A DNA stretch of 64,000 nt from Amoeboaphelidium protococcarum X5 (taxonomy: Eukaryota > Fungi > Aphelidiomycota), in the NCBI GenBank assembly GCA_023515725.1, contig JALDTO010000266.1:233345-297344 (forward strand), written 5' to 3'. A program made the position numbers and the translations under genes. The notes below the pieces were generated by a model. It ran no database searches, was not told where the DNA came from, and saw only the letters and a program-made list of their open reading frames with translations. Positions 41,008 through 53,463 of the stretch are shown in pieces; position 1 is the first letter of the stretch, and every line of letters begins with the position of its first letter.

Positions 41008-41974
41008 ATGTATAGATTTAATTCTATATCTAGACAGTGCGCGCAGATTTGGAGATTGAGGCCAATTGGGAGGAGTATAAGTTAGAGTACGAAGCGTTTG
41101 GAAAATCTAGATAGTAAATACAAAAGTCAATAGACGCGAAGTGTAAGTTTATATTCAGCGATCAATGTCACCACCCTGAGTTTGTGGCGGCGCGTATCGC
41201 GTATTGTAAAAATGGATTCTAATATCATGTGTATGTGTGTATGTGTAGCCGATTACTTGGAAGAGTTTAGCAGTGACATTCGCCATTGCTAGCGCTGGAT
41301 TGTACTATCTACAGTAGGAGAAGAATGCGCTGATGAAGTAGAAAGCCCAGCGAGAGGCAGAGAAGCGTGGAATCTAACATGGGCAGGTCAAAGTTGGAGG
41401 ACCTTTCTCGCTCATTGATGCCAAATCTGGGAAGGCTGTCACTGAAAAGGATTTCCAAGGCAAATTTATGCTGATGTATTTTGGATTCACCAACTGTCCG
41501 GATGTGTGTCCTGATGAGTTGGAGAAGATGGCGCGTGCTATCGAGAAAGTTGATAGTGTTTCTCTAGCTGGATCTTAGATCTAAAAGAAGACAGAAGGTA
41601 CCTAAAGCGTCGGTGATATGATTGCTCCGATCTTTATCAGCGTAGATCCAAAGCGTGATACTCCAGAAGTGGTTAAGAAGTATCTGGAAGAGTTTAGCCC
41701 GCGATTTGTCGGCCTAACAGGCGAGGACACTGAAATAGACAAGGTTGCCAAGTCATACAGAATTTACGTGTCCAAAGGTGATCCAATCCCTAATCCTAAC
41801 GGCAAGGGTGAAGATGACTATCTTGTAGATCATAGCATTTTCTTCTTCTTAATGGACCCCAATGGTGCGTTCGTAGACTTTTACGGACGTAATGCAACTG
41901 CTGATGAAATTGCCGATAAACTGGTAAAGCGCGTTAGAGAATGGAAACTGCATAAAGACTCTAATAGACTATGA
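41008..41974 (+). CDS. SCO1: Copper chaperone Sco1 (intron 41143..41248)
   Basis: VGGPFSL, YFGFTNCPDVCPDELEKM, FISVDPKRD, DYLVDHSIFFFLMDP. Confidence 0.95.
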
Positions 41975-42435
41975 GAATTTATTTTAATGCGTATACTACA
42001 TTCCCCTCCCCTTTACAAGTAATTCTTGCTTTTGTTTTTTACCGAAGCATCTCCAATGTCTTCCTATCAGGCCTTCAGAGCATTCGCTCTTGCCCAGAAC
42101 TGCTAGGGGTCCTGTGTGAAAACAAGGCAGTGTCAATTCATTCAGTATTGACTTGGATTATCTCATTTAGGTGCATTGACATGATATAAGTCATTTTAGA
42201 AACTATTTGAATTCAGGTTGATTTGAAAATGGACCATAGCCAAATTGCTAGGGACCGGCGCGTTGACCATAAATAATCAAAGCGCGCCAGAAAAGCCCGA
42301 CCTTAACCGTCGATTAAATTCCAAAATCTTTTCCTTGTCAGATTGCCTATAGTTTGCTTTAGCTTATAGTGTCAAGTTAGAATAGTATCATTTTATCCAC
42401 AAAAATCCAGATAAAAGATATTTAATAAACAAAAA

Positions 42436-43194
42436 ATGGTGTCCGCGTCTAGAAACGAATTGCTGCCTGGCGGAGTGGAGCGCTATTCACGTACTGCAAT
42501 GTACAAGCGCCGTGGAATGTATAAGAGAACCATTGATAAGAAATTGCCACAGGTTCAGGATGAGTAGACTCCTAAGCCAGCTGTGAGGAAGGTGAACACC
42601 ACCAACGATAAGACCGGAAATCGCGTAGTCGCCGCTGAGAGACTGCCAAAGTATTATCCTGTGGAATCAGCCACTCAGGCAAAGTCATCGCGTAAGACCA
42701 AGAAGCAGCCAAAGGCTCGTCTGAATGCTGCCATCACTCCTGGTACAGTATTGATCTTATTGACCGGTCGCTTCCGTGGTAAGAGAGTTGTGTTTTTGAA
42801 ATAGCTGGACAGCGGACTTTTGCTAGTCACTGGCCCATTCAAGGTCAATGGTGTCCCGCTGAGACGCGTCAACCAGGCTTATGTCATTCCAACTAGCACC
42901 AAGATTGACGCTGCTGAGGCTGTCAAGGCTGCCGCTGATGTTACTGATGCTCTGTTCACAAAGGTAACTAACAAGTAGGCTGATCAAAAGAAGAAGGGTA
43001 AGAAGGATGCCGATGCTCTATTCGATGGCAAGAAGAAGGAAAAGACTCCGTTAGATTAGGCCTTTGTCAGCTTGTAGAAAAAGGTTGATGCTGCCCTGGT
43101 GCCTGTTGTTAAGAACACTCCGCTGTTGAAAGGATACTTGTCTTCACTGTTCTCTTTGAAGAGCAATGACAGGCCTCACTTGCTGAAATTCTGA
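42436..43194 (+). CDS. RPL6: 60S ribosomal protein L6 (eL6)
   Basis: [51 protein letters not shown]; ends PHLLKF-TGA. Confidence 0.97.
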
Positions 43195-43311
43195 TTTCAT
43201 CACAGTCATGAAGACCGATGAGTTTATAAAGTATTTCAATCAATCTATAACTTGCAAGTTATTAATTATTCATTTGCTGAATCACTCTTGCCATTCATAG
43301 TAATGCTAATC

Positions 43312-43995
43312 TCAGAGTCTGAATTTCAAATCTAATTTCCTACTTATAAACTCTATAAATGCGACGGTCGGAGATATCTCGCCCTTATCCATTTCTTGCA
43401 GTATTCGGTTTCTCCACTGATTATAAGTCGCCAATTTAAACAGCTCCAGTCGCGCCTCTCTTGCAACTTCCTATTATTATCGCCGCTGGGCATAAGTCAT
43501 TGCCTTCTTTGCCTTTTAAGTCTACGCCTTTTCTAATGCATCGTCCTGATTCTTCTCTTCCGATGTTGAGGCAGGTATCCCATATATTCTATACAATTCT
43601 CGCTTCCTTCTCTCTTGCGCTATTTTGGATGGTATCAATGTGATATAGGACCGTTCATTATCTTCATCCAGATATAAATCTACCAGCTCCATGTCATCCT
43701 CTTAGTGTGATTGTTTCAGACTGTTACAAATTCGCATAGTGATTAACTCGGAAGACTATAATCTGTACTTCTTACAGTTCAAAATAATGCGAAATAATCC
43801 TTAAGTAGTGTGTAAATTAGAAGAAATGAGGTGTGCAAAGTCGTGATATGATCTGGTGATTGTATCACGTTATGGCAAGAACGTGATTTCAACGTCGTGT
43901 TTCTGGTGCTCCCTTATCAGCCACTCAATCAAAAGCAATTTTTGGTACAAAGTAATCGCTCGCTGACAGATATATGATATTGGCTTACCTAACAT
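43312..43995 (-). CDS. Hypothetical protein (227 aa)
   Basis: TGA-free code-6 frame from ATG 43995. No motif recognised. Confidence 0.45.
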
Positions 43996-44226
43996 AGAAT
44001 GAAGTCTTTATCAAGAATATTTAAGTATTGCTATGCCGTGTTTGGCTAGATAAAATATGATCTAGCCAAGATATCAATCTACACAATATCACTTCAAGGG
44101 CCAATCAGAACTAAATCAAAAATGAGATTTGTAGTCTCAATTTATGAATAACTTATGAGTTGATCATTTATTTTTATTTTACTACAATAAAGAACTCTTA
44201 CACTAAAAATATCTGCTACATTTAAT

Positions 44227-44745
44227 ATGAAATTCTTAGCCTTTGGTATTTCGCTGATGCTATCTGCTAATGTGCGCGTCAGTGCGTACAATATTCTGGA
44301 GGAAGATCCTGCCTTCTTGGAGACTACTTGCCAGAATAATATTGCGCAGTGTGACACTTTCTGTAAGCCAGAAGGTACAGTGAAGAATGTGTGTGATTCC
44401 TCCTCGATGCAGTGGGAGTGTGTTTGTAAGGGTAATCAAGTCCCACCTGACACCAAGATCACGTTCCCAGTGGCGTATGAAATCTGCTCCGGAAACTACA
44501 AGGAGTGTGCTGCCAAGTGTGTGAGTGATTAAGCGTGTCAGGACCGTTGTGGGCAGCAATTTAAGTGTGACAACATTACTCCGACTTCAAACTCCACCAC
44601 TCCAGCTGATGTTCCATCTCCATCATCATCTGCAAAGAAGACTCCAAGTCCAGAGGATTATCAAAACTCTGCCACTTCTCTATCTGTCGCGTATCTCTCC
44701 GCTGCTGTGATGCCTATTTTGGCTATATTGTAATTTTAGCTGTGA
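44227..44745 (+). CDS. Secreted Cys-rich, probably GPI-anchored protein
   Basis: Signal peptide, Cys-rich domain, S/T/P-rich linker, hydrophobic C-terminus. Confidence 0.75.
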
Positions 44746-45161
44746 TCTTAACGTAATGATCAAATTTCTCACGTGTTTCATCGTTCTAACATTGTTTTCA
44801 GTACTTGCAGTACACACGCTGTAGAGATTACGCTTAACATTGATCTCTGAAAGATATCATCCAAAAGGCAATATTAACCAATTCGCTATAATTTAAAATC
44901 GATTGTTACAATCTCTATAACATCTATCTGTCTTCAATTATACTTTTTAGTGATGGGCTGACTTGTACATGAATCTCACTTATCGTTATACGGTCCACAG
45001 ATAAACACGGCGTTAAATCTTTCATCGCCGCGTGGTGTTTTGTTTCTTCGCCATTGTTTTCTTCTTCTTCTCTACACTAAAAGTAGAGTATCTGCTTCAC
45101 TAAACACTCACTCACGCAACTCACTCGTCTTTAATATAGTAATATAGTTCTATACAAAGAT

Positions 45162-48038
45162 ATGCCGTTTGTTGCCAATGTGTCAAAGTACAGAAATGCT
45201 GTGGCCAAGCCTGGCAAGAAGGAAGAGTGGTATAGTGAGTTACCTTCTGTGTACACTGGAAACGATGCATGCAACAGTGTAGAGTCATCATTGAAATGGC
45301 TTGCTTATAGAACTGGTTCGTCTGGATAGAATGTGTAAGTTTTAGATGTTTATAAAGCTGGAAAATATCATGCCATGTCTGATATGGATAGATGTGAGTT
45401 TGGCGCCGGTTGTGGAATTGTAGATTTTAAATTCTCTCCATTTGACTCAGATGTACTTTTAGCTGGATGTGAAGATTAGAGTATCAGAGTTATTAAAGTG
45501 TAATATAAGCCTGATGGTAAACCAGAGACTTTGATGAGTTCTTGTATTAAAGTTCCTCACAAAGTAGATTGCCTGGAGCATCATCCCTCTTGTGCTAATC
45601 TTATCTCTGCAGGATGTGATAAAAGTATTCACCTGATTGACTATGGAGTTGGCTCAGTTGTTAGTAGCTGGAATGACCATGGAGATGTTATTTAGAGCGT
45701 TTCGTGGAAATCGAATGGTCAGTTGTGTGCCTCGGTGTCTAAAGACTGCTTTATGCGTGTATTTGATGTTAGAAAGGATAGCAGTGTTGGGAAGGTGAGT
45801 TCACACGCTGGCTCTAAATTGAAAGGCTCTCGTGTGCAGTGGCTTGGTAATAGTAATTATGTTTTATCTACTGGTTTTGGTGCTCAGAGGCAGCGGGAGT
45901 ATGCGCTATATGATCACCGGAATATGAGTTCAGCTGTGGATAGACAGACGATTCCCGGTAGTTCTGGAACTGCTCTCCTGCTTCCTGTCTTTGATGTGGA
46001 TACTAATATCATCTACATGGTATCGAGAGGTGAAACTAGTCTGAGATGGCTGGAATTTAATAGTTTGGTGACTAGCGGTTCTATGCTATCTCCTGTGCAG
46101 TCTGCAATACTGCCTGCTTCAGTCTCTGGTGCTTGCTTATTAAGAAAGAGATCGCTCAACGTAATGGAGGCTGAGATTAATCGCCTTATTTGTGTTTAGG
46201 CTACTGAAGGTGGTGCGTCTTCTTCTGCTCTGGTTCCAGTGTCGTTTAGTGTACCTAGAAAGTCTTACCGAGATTTCTGTAGTGATCTCTTTGGTAATGG
46301 TACAGCTAGCTCGGATCCATTTTTCTAAACTTATGCGCAGCTGAAAGAGGCCAAATATGATGAAGGTGATGCTGTGTTTGGCCTCGCACCCCTTGTTAGT
46401 TTAGATCCTGCAGATGGGTTCCTGGTTAGCAGTAGAATTGCTAAAACGAAGCAATCTGTATAGTCCGAAAAATAACCTCAAGCCAGCAGTGCGGTTAAAA
46501 AGGATGATGTACCGATGGCGCATTTAAATTTGAAGGATCAGACTGGTGGAAAAGAAAGTCCTCTTTAAAGTCCATCGAGTGAGAGCAACACTTCTCGCAG
46601 AGCCAGCAGCACCCCATTAGCTCTGTAAAATGTTAGAAAATCTACTTATCGTTACATTTTGGGTACCACTCAGCATTAGTCCAAGAATTTTGAGAATGTT
46701 TAGAATCTGAATATTTTGCCTGGAGAGAGCGATATGTTGCACGCCAATAGTAAATTCCTGGCTTATCCAATAATGGGAGCAGGTGGAAGAGTTGTAGTGT
46801 TACCTACTAGTAAGCCGGGTCGATTGCCTCCGGTTACTCCTTGTGTTATAAATGGAGTTGATCTGTTGGACTTGTGTTTGAGTCGTTTGTAGCCTGATCT
46901 ATTGTTAACTGGTTGTGAAGATGGTAAAGTTCGTGTGTGGAAGTTACCATAGGACGGTACCTTGAAAAAGGATTTAACAGAGCCATTTTTATCTCTGAGT
47001 GGTCATTAGAATCGTGTTAACATAGTCAAGTTCCATCGTTATGTTAGTAATTTAGCAATCTCGGCCGAGGCATAGGGAATGAGTACTCAAACATCCATCA
47101 AGTTGTGGGATATCAATGCTGGTAGAAATTTGAATACTCTATCGTGTTTCCAAGATGTTGTGCAGAGTATTGATGTCAGCATGGATGGTTCAGGGACTTT
47201 GGCAACTTCATGTAAAGACAAACTGGTTAGATTGATAGATCCTCGTCAGCAAAAGGAGTCGGCTGCGTTCTCAGCTCACGAAGGAATCCGTGGAAGCCGT
47301 GTGTTCTGGGTAGATAGCCACCACGTTGCATCCGCTGGATTCGGTCATGGTAGTTAGCGGGAACTTTCGCTGTTTGATATCCGTAAAACCAATGTGCCGC
47401 TTTAAGCTTTGTAGTTTGATGTATCGCCTGCGATATATGTCCCTCATTTCGATGCTGATACCTCTGTTGTCTATCTTTGCGGAAGAGGTGATACAAGCAT
47501 TCAGCCAGTGGACATCACTCTGTCTCATCCAACTGAACCTTTATACGCATTGCCTAAATTCGAGTCTGTAGGTGCCACAATTCAGTAAGGCACATCGTTC
47601 TGCTCAAAGAAATATTTGGATGCGAAGAATATTGAGTTTGGACGCTGTTATCGTCTTACTCTGGATAAGATTGAGACTATCAGCTTCTCAATGCCAAGAA
47701 ATAGAAGAGAGTTCTTCCAAGATGACATTTTCCCAGTGACTATTGATGATGAAATGGCGACAATGTCTGCTGATGAATGGGTAGCAAAGTCGAAAGACGT
47801 TGCTCCAAGCAAGAGTTTAAAATTACAACCGGCAGGAATGACTCCGTTGTCTTAGGCTCCGGTAGAACAGAGACGACCATCAAAGTATGTCTTGGAGACT
47901 GGGGAAAGGCCGTTAACTGACTCTCAGAAGCAGGAGAAGTTTTTGACTGGCATGTTTAAGAACGCTAAGGATGAAATTGATAATACACCTCTGGTTCAAG
48001 ATAAGATGGAGGGTGTGGATGAGAGTGAGTGGGATTGA
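45162..48038 (+). CDS. CORO7: Coronin-7/POD-1-like tandem coronin (958 aa)
   Basis: SKYRNA N-terminus, two coronin WD40 units (KGSRVQWLG, RGSRVFW), PRNRREFFQDDIFP, acidic EGVDESEWD end. Confidence 0.9.
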
Positions 48039-48200
48039 ATAAAAATTTGCTAGTTTACAACCACTGTGAGTTCTTTCGTGTGAAGTTAATCCTTCAAAAC
48101 AGGACTAAAGGCTAGTTAGACTAATTGTGCAATATGGATTATATACCCATTAATTTCATGTGCAACCTTAATGGCTTACCGGTCAGAAGGACGCGCGTTC

Positions 48201-48476
48201 AAGTCCGGCTGGCAACAGCTGTAACCGAAAGGGGACTTTAAAGCGGGATATTGGCTTCGCCTGGTAGATGCATTCAATTTGCCACTTGATGTTGACAAGT
48301 ACGGAGTGACCAGCAGTCATTTGAGAGTAATTTCGAGCGACTCGGGTTTTGAAAAATTGGGGAACGGTTTAGGCAGGCAACTGCGCAGACAGAACCAATT
48401 GCTCTGATGCTCGTGTTGACATTACAGTGGGTTCCAAATTGGAGGCGTTCTCCACGGCACAGCCCATAAACTTTTT
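48201..48476 (+). ncRNA. Signal recognition particle (7SL/SRP) RNA
   Basis: Alu-like GTCC-GCTG(GCAA)CAGC-TGTAA-CC(GAAA)GG-GGAC; helix-8-like GTTTAGG-CAG(GCAA)CTG-CGCAGAC flanked by AATTGG/CCAATT; ~276 nt ending in TTTTT. Confidence 0.75.
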
Positions 48477-48890
48477 ATACAACTACGCAATTTTTTTGCT
48501 AATTTAGGTACCCTGCCGTGTGCATAATAGTTCTGTCTATGTCAACAAATAGTCTCTAAGTACTGTAAATGAAGAAATCGAAAATGGGTTTGACAACAAA
48601 AAGCGTTCAAAAAATAGATTTAATCCTTTGATTTCGATCACGTTAATCACATTACTATCTCAACGGAAGTAGAACGTATCATGCACACTGCGAACTTTCT
48701 ACGCAACACTTTCATTATGCAACAGCTTCTCCCAGGCTCTAGAATCGAGAAGCAGACGATCATGTTGAGCTGAAACCGTGTTGACGCGTTTCAGTCACTC
48801 ACTCGCTCTCTTTATCACACAAGAGTTGAAACAACTGTAAATATACTTGTTATATCTCATATTCACTTCACTCTCAAAAATTATTCTTAA

Positions 48891-49356
48891 CAGATACTTG
48901 CCTATTCGAGACGTCAATGATAAGAGAGGCGCGCACTTGAAACAATGTTGATCATCTAAGCCCCACAGAGTCAGCTGTTGAAACTTGATTGACGCGTGTG
49001 CAAACATCCATCCATAAATTACGCCCCCTTCGCCTTGCGTACGGGCGGGGACAAGGCTTCACAAGACTTGTGTGTACGTGTTAAGTCACAGATTCGAGAC
49101 TGACAAAATCGTCTTGGCTGGGTACTTTATCTCGGTTTAAGTGCCATTGACTTCATCTTAACCGGGCCTACTCATCAAGTGATACTGTTATCGTATTGCC
49201 CAGAATTGCGCCAAATGTGGAACCAATGAGTTACATTGTCCTGTCATCGGGCAGGAACTTCTGCGGTCAATCACATGACAAAGGCTAGCTTTTCCCATGA
49301 GAAGAAGGGAGTATCCTTAATAGTGAATTTTCGCCGTGTGGTAAGCGGAAATTTAC
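48891..49356 (+). repeat. 466-bp structured repeat, copy 1
   Basis: Colinear with 58648..59113; about 18 substitutions counted by eye, no indels. Confidence 0.95.
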
Positions 49357-49518
49357 GTTAAAGCTCGGATCAACGACATTTTTTTGTGACAGCTTACCAA
49401 TGTCTTTGAGATGAATTACAATTTGAGAATAATGTTCAAATCAGCAGATGATAAGTCGTTGCGTGACAAATCAATCTTTTGAATTTCTTAAGTATCCTTC
49501 AACAAATATTGTACAAAC

Positions 49519-50954
49519 TCATTATCTTCCAGCTGCTTAATAGAAATCTTGTTTGGCGCAACAGCAGGAGTCTTTATCACGTGGCAATAAACGACCACTG
49601 GCGTTGAGAACTCCATCTTGTACTAAAATACGAATATTTTCTACTTGCGTTTACTCTCGCTCAGTAATCTTCCTCTACCAAGCTTCTTCCACTTTGGGAC
49701 GCAGCACATTCTCCACAAAAAGCCTCATCAGAATTCGATGCTATAATGGAGTATCTTGGGCCAAAGTATCAAGATCCACATTCAAAAACATCTCAACATC
49801 TGAAGAGCCTATGTATGCGGCCAAAGGCTTGAACAATTCATAACTCTCAGTATCAAGAGTTTGCAATATACCTTGTCGTCGCCCAATAGTTGTCTATTGT
49901 GAAGTCATTTCGTAGTCGCGTCAGAAATCAATGCGTCTATACTGAATATCAGAATTCTCCGTGTCCGATTATAAATGAGATAAGGTAATCTAAAAAACAA
50001 TGAGTTATATATTCATCATGATCAAAACTTTAATCTTACAGCTCTTGTCGGAGTCATGGGCGCGTTGGACACTTTATCGGGTGAATTCAACGTTCTGTGA
50101 AAGAACTCTGTGGTAGGAGACATGACTGCTTCAGATTGACTCAGCATGAGATCTCTGTTATTTTTCAGGCTCTTCTATAGCAATCGAGTGCTTGCCCGTC
50201 TCCCAAGAACTGCTGCCGACTTTTATATGCTGTTATCTTATGGGCTCTCTATCGACTTAGTATCATCAATATCGGTAGATTTATTAGCATCATGTTTCTA
50301 AAATGAAGCCATCATCTAGTCTGATGATTACGCGGCTCCATATTGTGACATGGTTTAAAATCTAGGATCAAATGGTCCCACAGCAATTGGACTCATTGGC
50401 AGGACTGGATATGCGTAATTTGGAGAGACAATCAACTGATAGCCAGGTGCTATTGACTGTTACATGGGTGAATTTTATATCGACGATTAATTTGAAATGG
50501 TCGAGTCACCAGTTACTGATTTGCTGATTGGAACGCGTGGCTGTTACAGGAGGCCTTATTGCTACTACATCATGGACGATATCATCATGTTTACTGGAGG
50601 CCGCATACCTCCACCCATAATCTCAGCTTGTGTCCGATACATCATCTTCATCTTCAAACTTTGTTGTAAATATGCCTTGGTCTCCAGCTCTTATCGCACG
50701 ACATCCTCCTTTACACCAGTCTTGTTGGCAAATTTACGCTTCTTTTTCTTTTTCTCCACCTTATTTCCATTTATCAAATGATGATGACTGTGCCTATCTT
50801 CATTGTGACCTCGGCTTTACTACTATTAAGAATTCACACTGCTTTGTGTATTGATCGATTCATTGCTCTTCAATTTTAGTTCATCATGTTGTACCTACAT
50901 CTTCTCTTCATCCATTGTTGTTTCAAGTTGATCACGATACACATTGTCAGTCAT
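49519..50954 (-). CDS. Hypothetical Q/P-rich protein with basic NLS-like patch (probable intron ~49930-50039)
   Basis: Open code-6 frames; KKKKKRK; ends TAA TGA. Confidence 0.5.
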
Positions 50955-51178
50955 GTTGAAAGTCAAATCTTTATCTATTCGATTTTAATTATGTATTTTA
51001 CAAATTGTTGAAGCTAAAGAATATTCTTTCACTTTACCTTTCAGCGGAAAACGGGTTGCTATATTGCGTGACCAGATTGCTATTTTTAGACAAGATCTTC
51101 TGATCTTTAAAAATTTTACTTAGAATTTTACTAGTACCAATAGAAAATTTTCGGTTAAACTATCTTTTAAGTGTCAAC

Positions 51179-52870
51179 TCACTAATTTTCTGCAGCAACT
51201 TTGGCTTTCAGATAATCTTTGTACTCTGCAATATCGCCATCCCAAGGAACCAGAACACCTTCTTCAATGACCCAAATCTCTTCAGCAACCTGATTTATCA
51301 ATCTAAAGTCGTGACTAATCAGAACCACACCGCCATCAAACTCATTGATACCTTCCGCGAGAGCATCAATAGTCTCCATATCAAGGAAGTTGGTAGGCTC
51401 GTCAAGCATCAGCAAGTGGCACTACATACGAGATAGGTAGGCAAAAACTACACGTCGCAATTGACCATCAGACAGTTTGTCCATGGACACAGTTTGAGAC
51501 TTTCCAGTGACACCAAATGCTCCCAGAATTCCTCTCATCTACTAAGGCTTTACATCTTCAAACTTTTCACAGAGCCATTCGACGGCAGACATTGCCAGAT
51601 CCAACTGATCAGTCAAGTGCTGATGAAAGCGAGCAATCTTCAAATGATGATGTCTTTCAACCACCCCACTGCTTGGCTTCAGTTCTCCAGTCATCAGCTT
51701 CATCAGCGTCGATTTACCAACACCATTTTATCCAACAATAGCAACTCTGGAGCTGAGGTCCAAGCCGAAATTCAAACCTTTGTACAGTAGATTCTTACCA
51801 GGATATGCAAAAGACACGTCATTAAACTTCAAGAATGGACTAGGCAGACCACCACCACAATCATGAAAGCGAATCTTCACCTCTTTATCATCATCCAGTA
51901 AATCCTTCAAATCTGCCACCCCATCCTTCTCAATCTACTTCTTGATCATCTTTTCATGCGACTTGGCCTACTTGGCAGCTTTACCGCTCTTGGTCAAGTT
52001 CTCTTTAATGTTCTGCATCTTCTTAGTGTCAGCTTTCACCTTCTTACGCGTAGCCTCATCCAATTCACCTTTAACTCTGACGAACGTATCATAGTTTCCA
52101 CTGAAATACTACAGCTTTCTATTGTGCAAGTACATAATCTCATTACATATCGCATTAGTAAAATCTGAAGAGTGAGACACCATAACCACCGTGTGTGGAT
52201 AGTTAATCAAGTAGTCCTCAAGCCAAACGACGGCACTCAGATCCAAATGGTTAGTGGCATCATCAAGCAATAGAATAGTAGGCCTCACGAACAGAGCTCT
52301 GGCCAGCGCGACTCTCATTCTCCAACCACCCGAAAACTCCTTAGTCTTCATGTCCTACATCTCTTTGGTGAAGCCGAGACCATGGAGGACCGAGCGAGCC
52401 TTCTACTCAGCCAGCGACACGTCCAACTCCTGCAGTCGCTCATTGATAAAATCCATGCGCGCACTCTCCGCTCCTTCCACAGTCTCCAATAGAACTTCCA
52501 TCTCATCCTCTAGTTTATCGCGTTCCGTCTTTACAATATCTACAACAGCCTCCACAGCGGTCATTTCCGTAGGGTCATACTCTCTCTCAAGCAGATAAAT
52601 ATCAACACTAGGCTGAATATCAACATATCTAGCAGCTAGCACTTTCAATAGTGTACTTTTACCGCTGGCGTTGGATCCAACCAGGCCATACTTTTTACCA
52701 TAAACCAATGTCAAAGTGGTATCCTTGATCAGCTATTGACCATACGCGGCCACACTGAATTTGTCAATCTAAACATCTTTAACTCTATCATTAGACAGCA
52801 GCTAACCAGTCGCTGTAATATGATCACTCTTTTCCAATTATGTAGGAGCTAAAGGGTAGTCAGATGGCAT
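51179..52870 (-). CDS. ABC-F ATPase, ABCF2/Arb1-like (563 aa)
   Basis: [28 protein letters not shown]; [25 protein letters not shown]. Confidence 0.9.
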
Positions 52871-53463
52871 AGACAAGTGTATGGCTGTAAGAATTAATAA
52901 AAGGTTAGAATCAGCAAGATATTGTATTTTATCCTCAACGGTGTTATCTCTTCACCTTTGAGATCATTCTCTCATAATCATGATATTTTTTATCCCTTTT
53001 CAACCTTAGACGATCCTTTTCAGTACACTCTCACAATGGCGGGCGCGTATTTTCAAAATGGTGTAAATGAAAAAAGGTATAAATAGTAGGATATATTCAA
53101 GGTTTGTTTCAACAGCCTGCAGTTGTTCACTTTATTTTTATATTTAAACATGAAGCATGGATGGACCAGACAAATGCGTTTTTGTGGTCGCAAAGTAATT
53201 TAATAAAAACTAGGTTACTATAATAAACGTATAAGTAATCGTTCAGCTTTAAATTCTCACTGGTAATGTCAATTAGGTAAGTTGAAGTTCGTGAAGAGTA
53301 AGAACGATGCCACGTCGTCCGGAGCATTTAATTGTTGAAAACGACTCTGGAAGAGCTGACGTAGCTTTTAATATAATATAAGATGCTCTTGTGATTACCG
53401 TATATCTGTTATGATTATTAAAAGATTAATTAGTAATTTCTATATTACCGGTTTTCAACATTA

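Noticed and set aside
48170-48230. tRNA gene from A/B-box-like motifs
   Set aside because: No cloverleaf, and box spacing is too short. The sequence runs into the SRP-like RNA.
49170-49195. U2-like or hammerhead-like motifs within the 466-bp repeat
   Set aside because: Only short partial matches (ATCAAGTG, TGATGAG), and one is mutated in copy 2.
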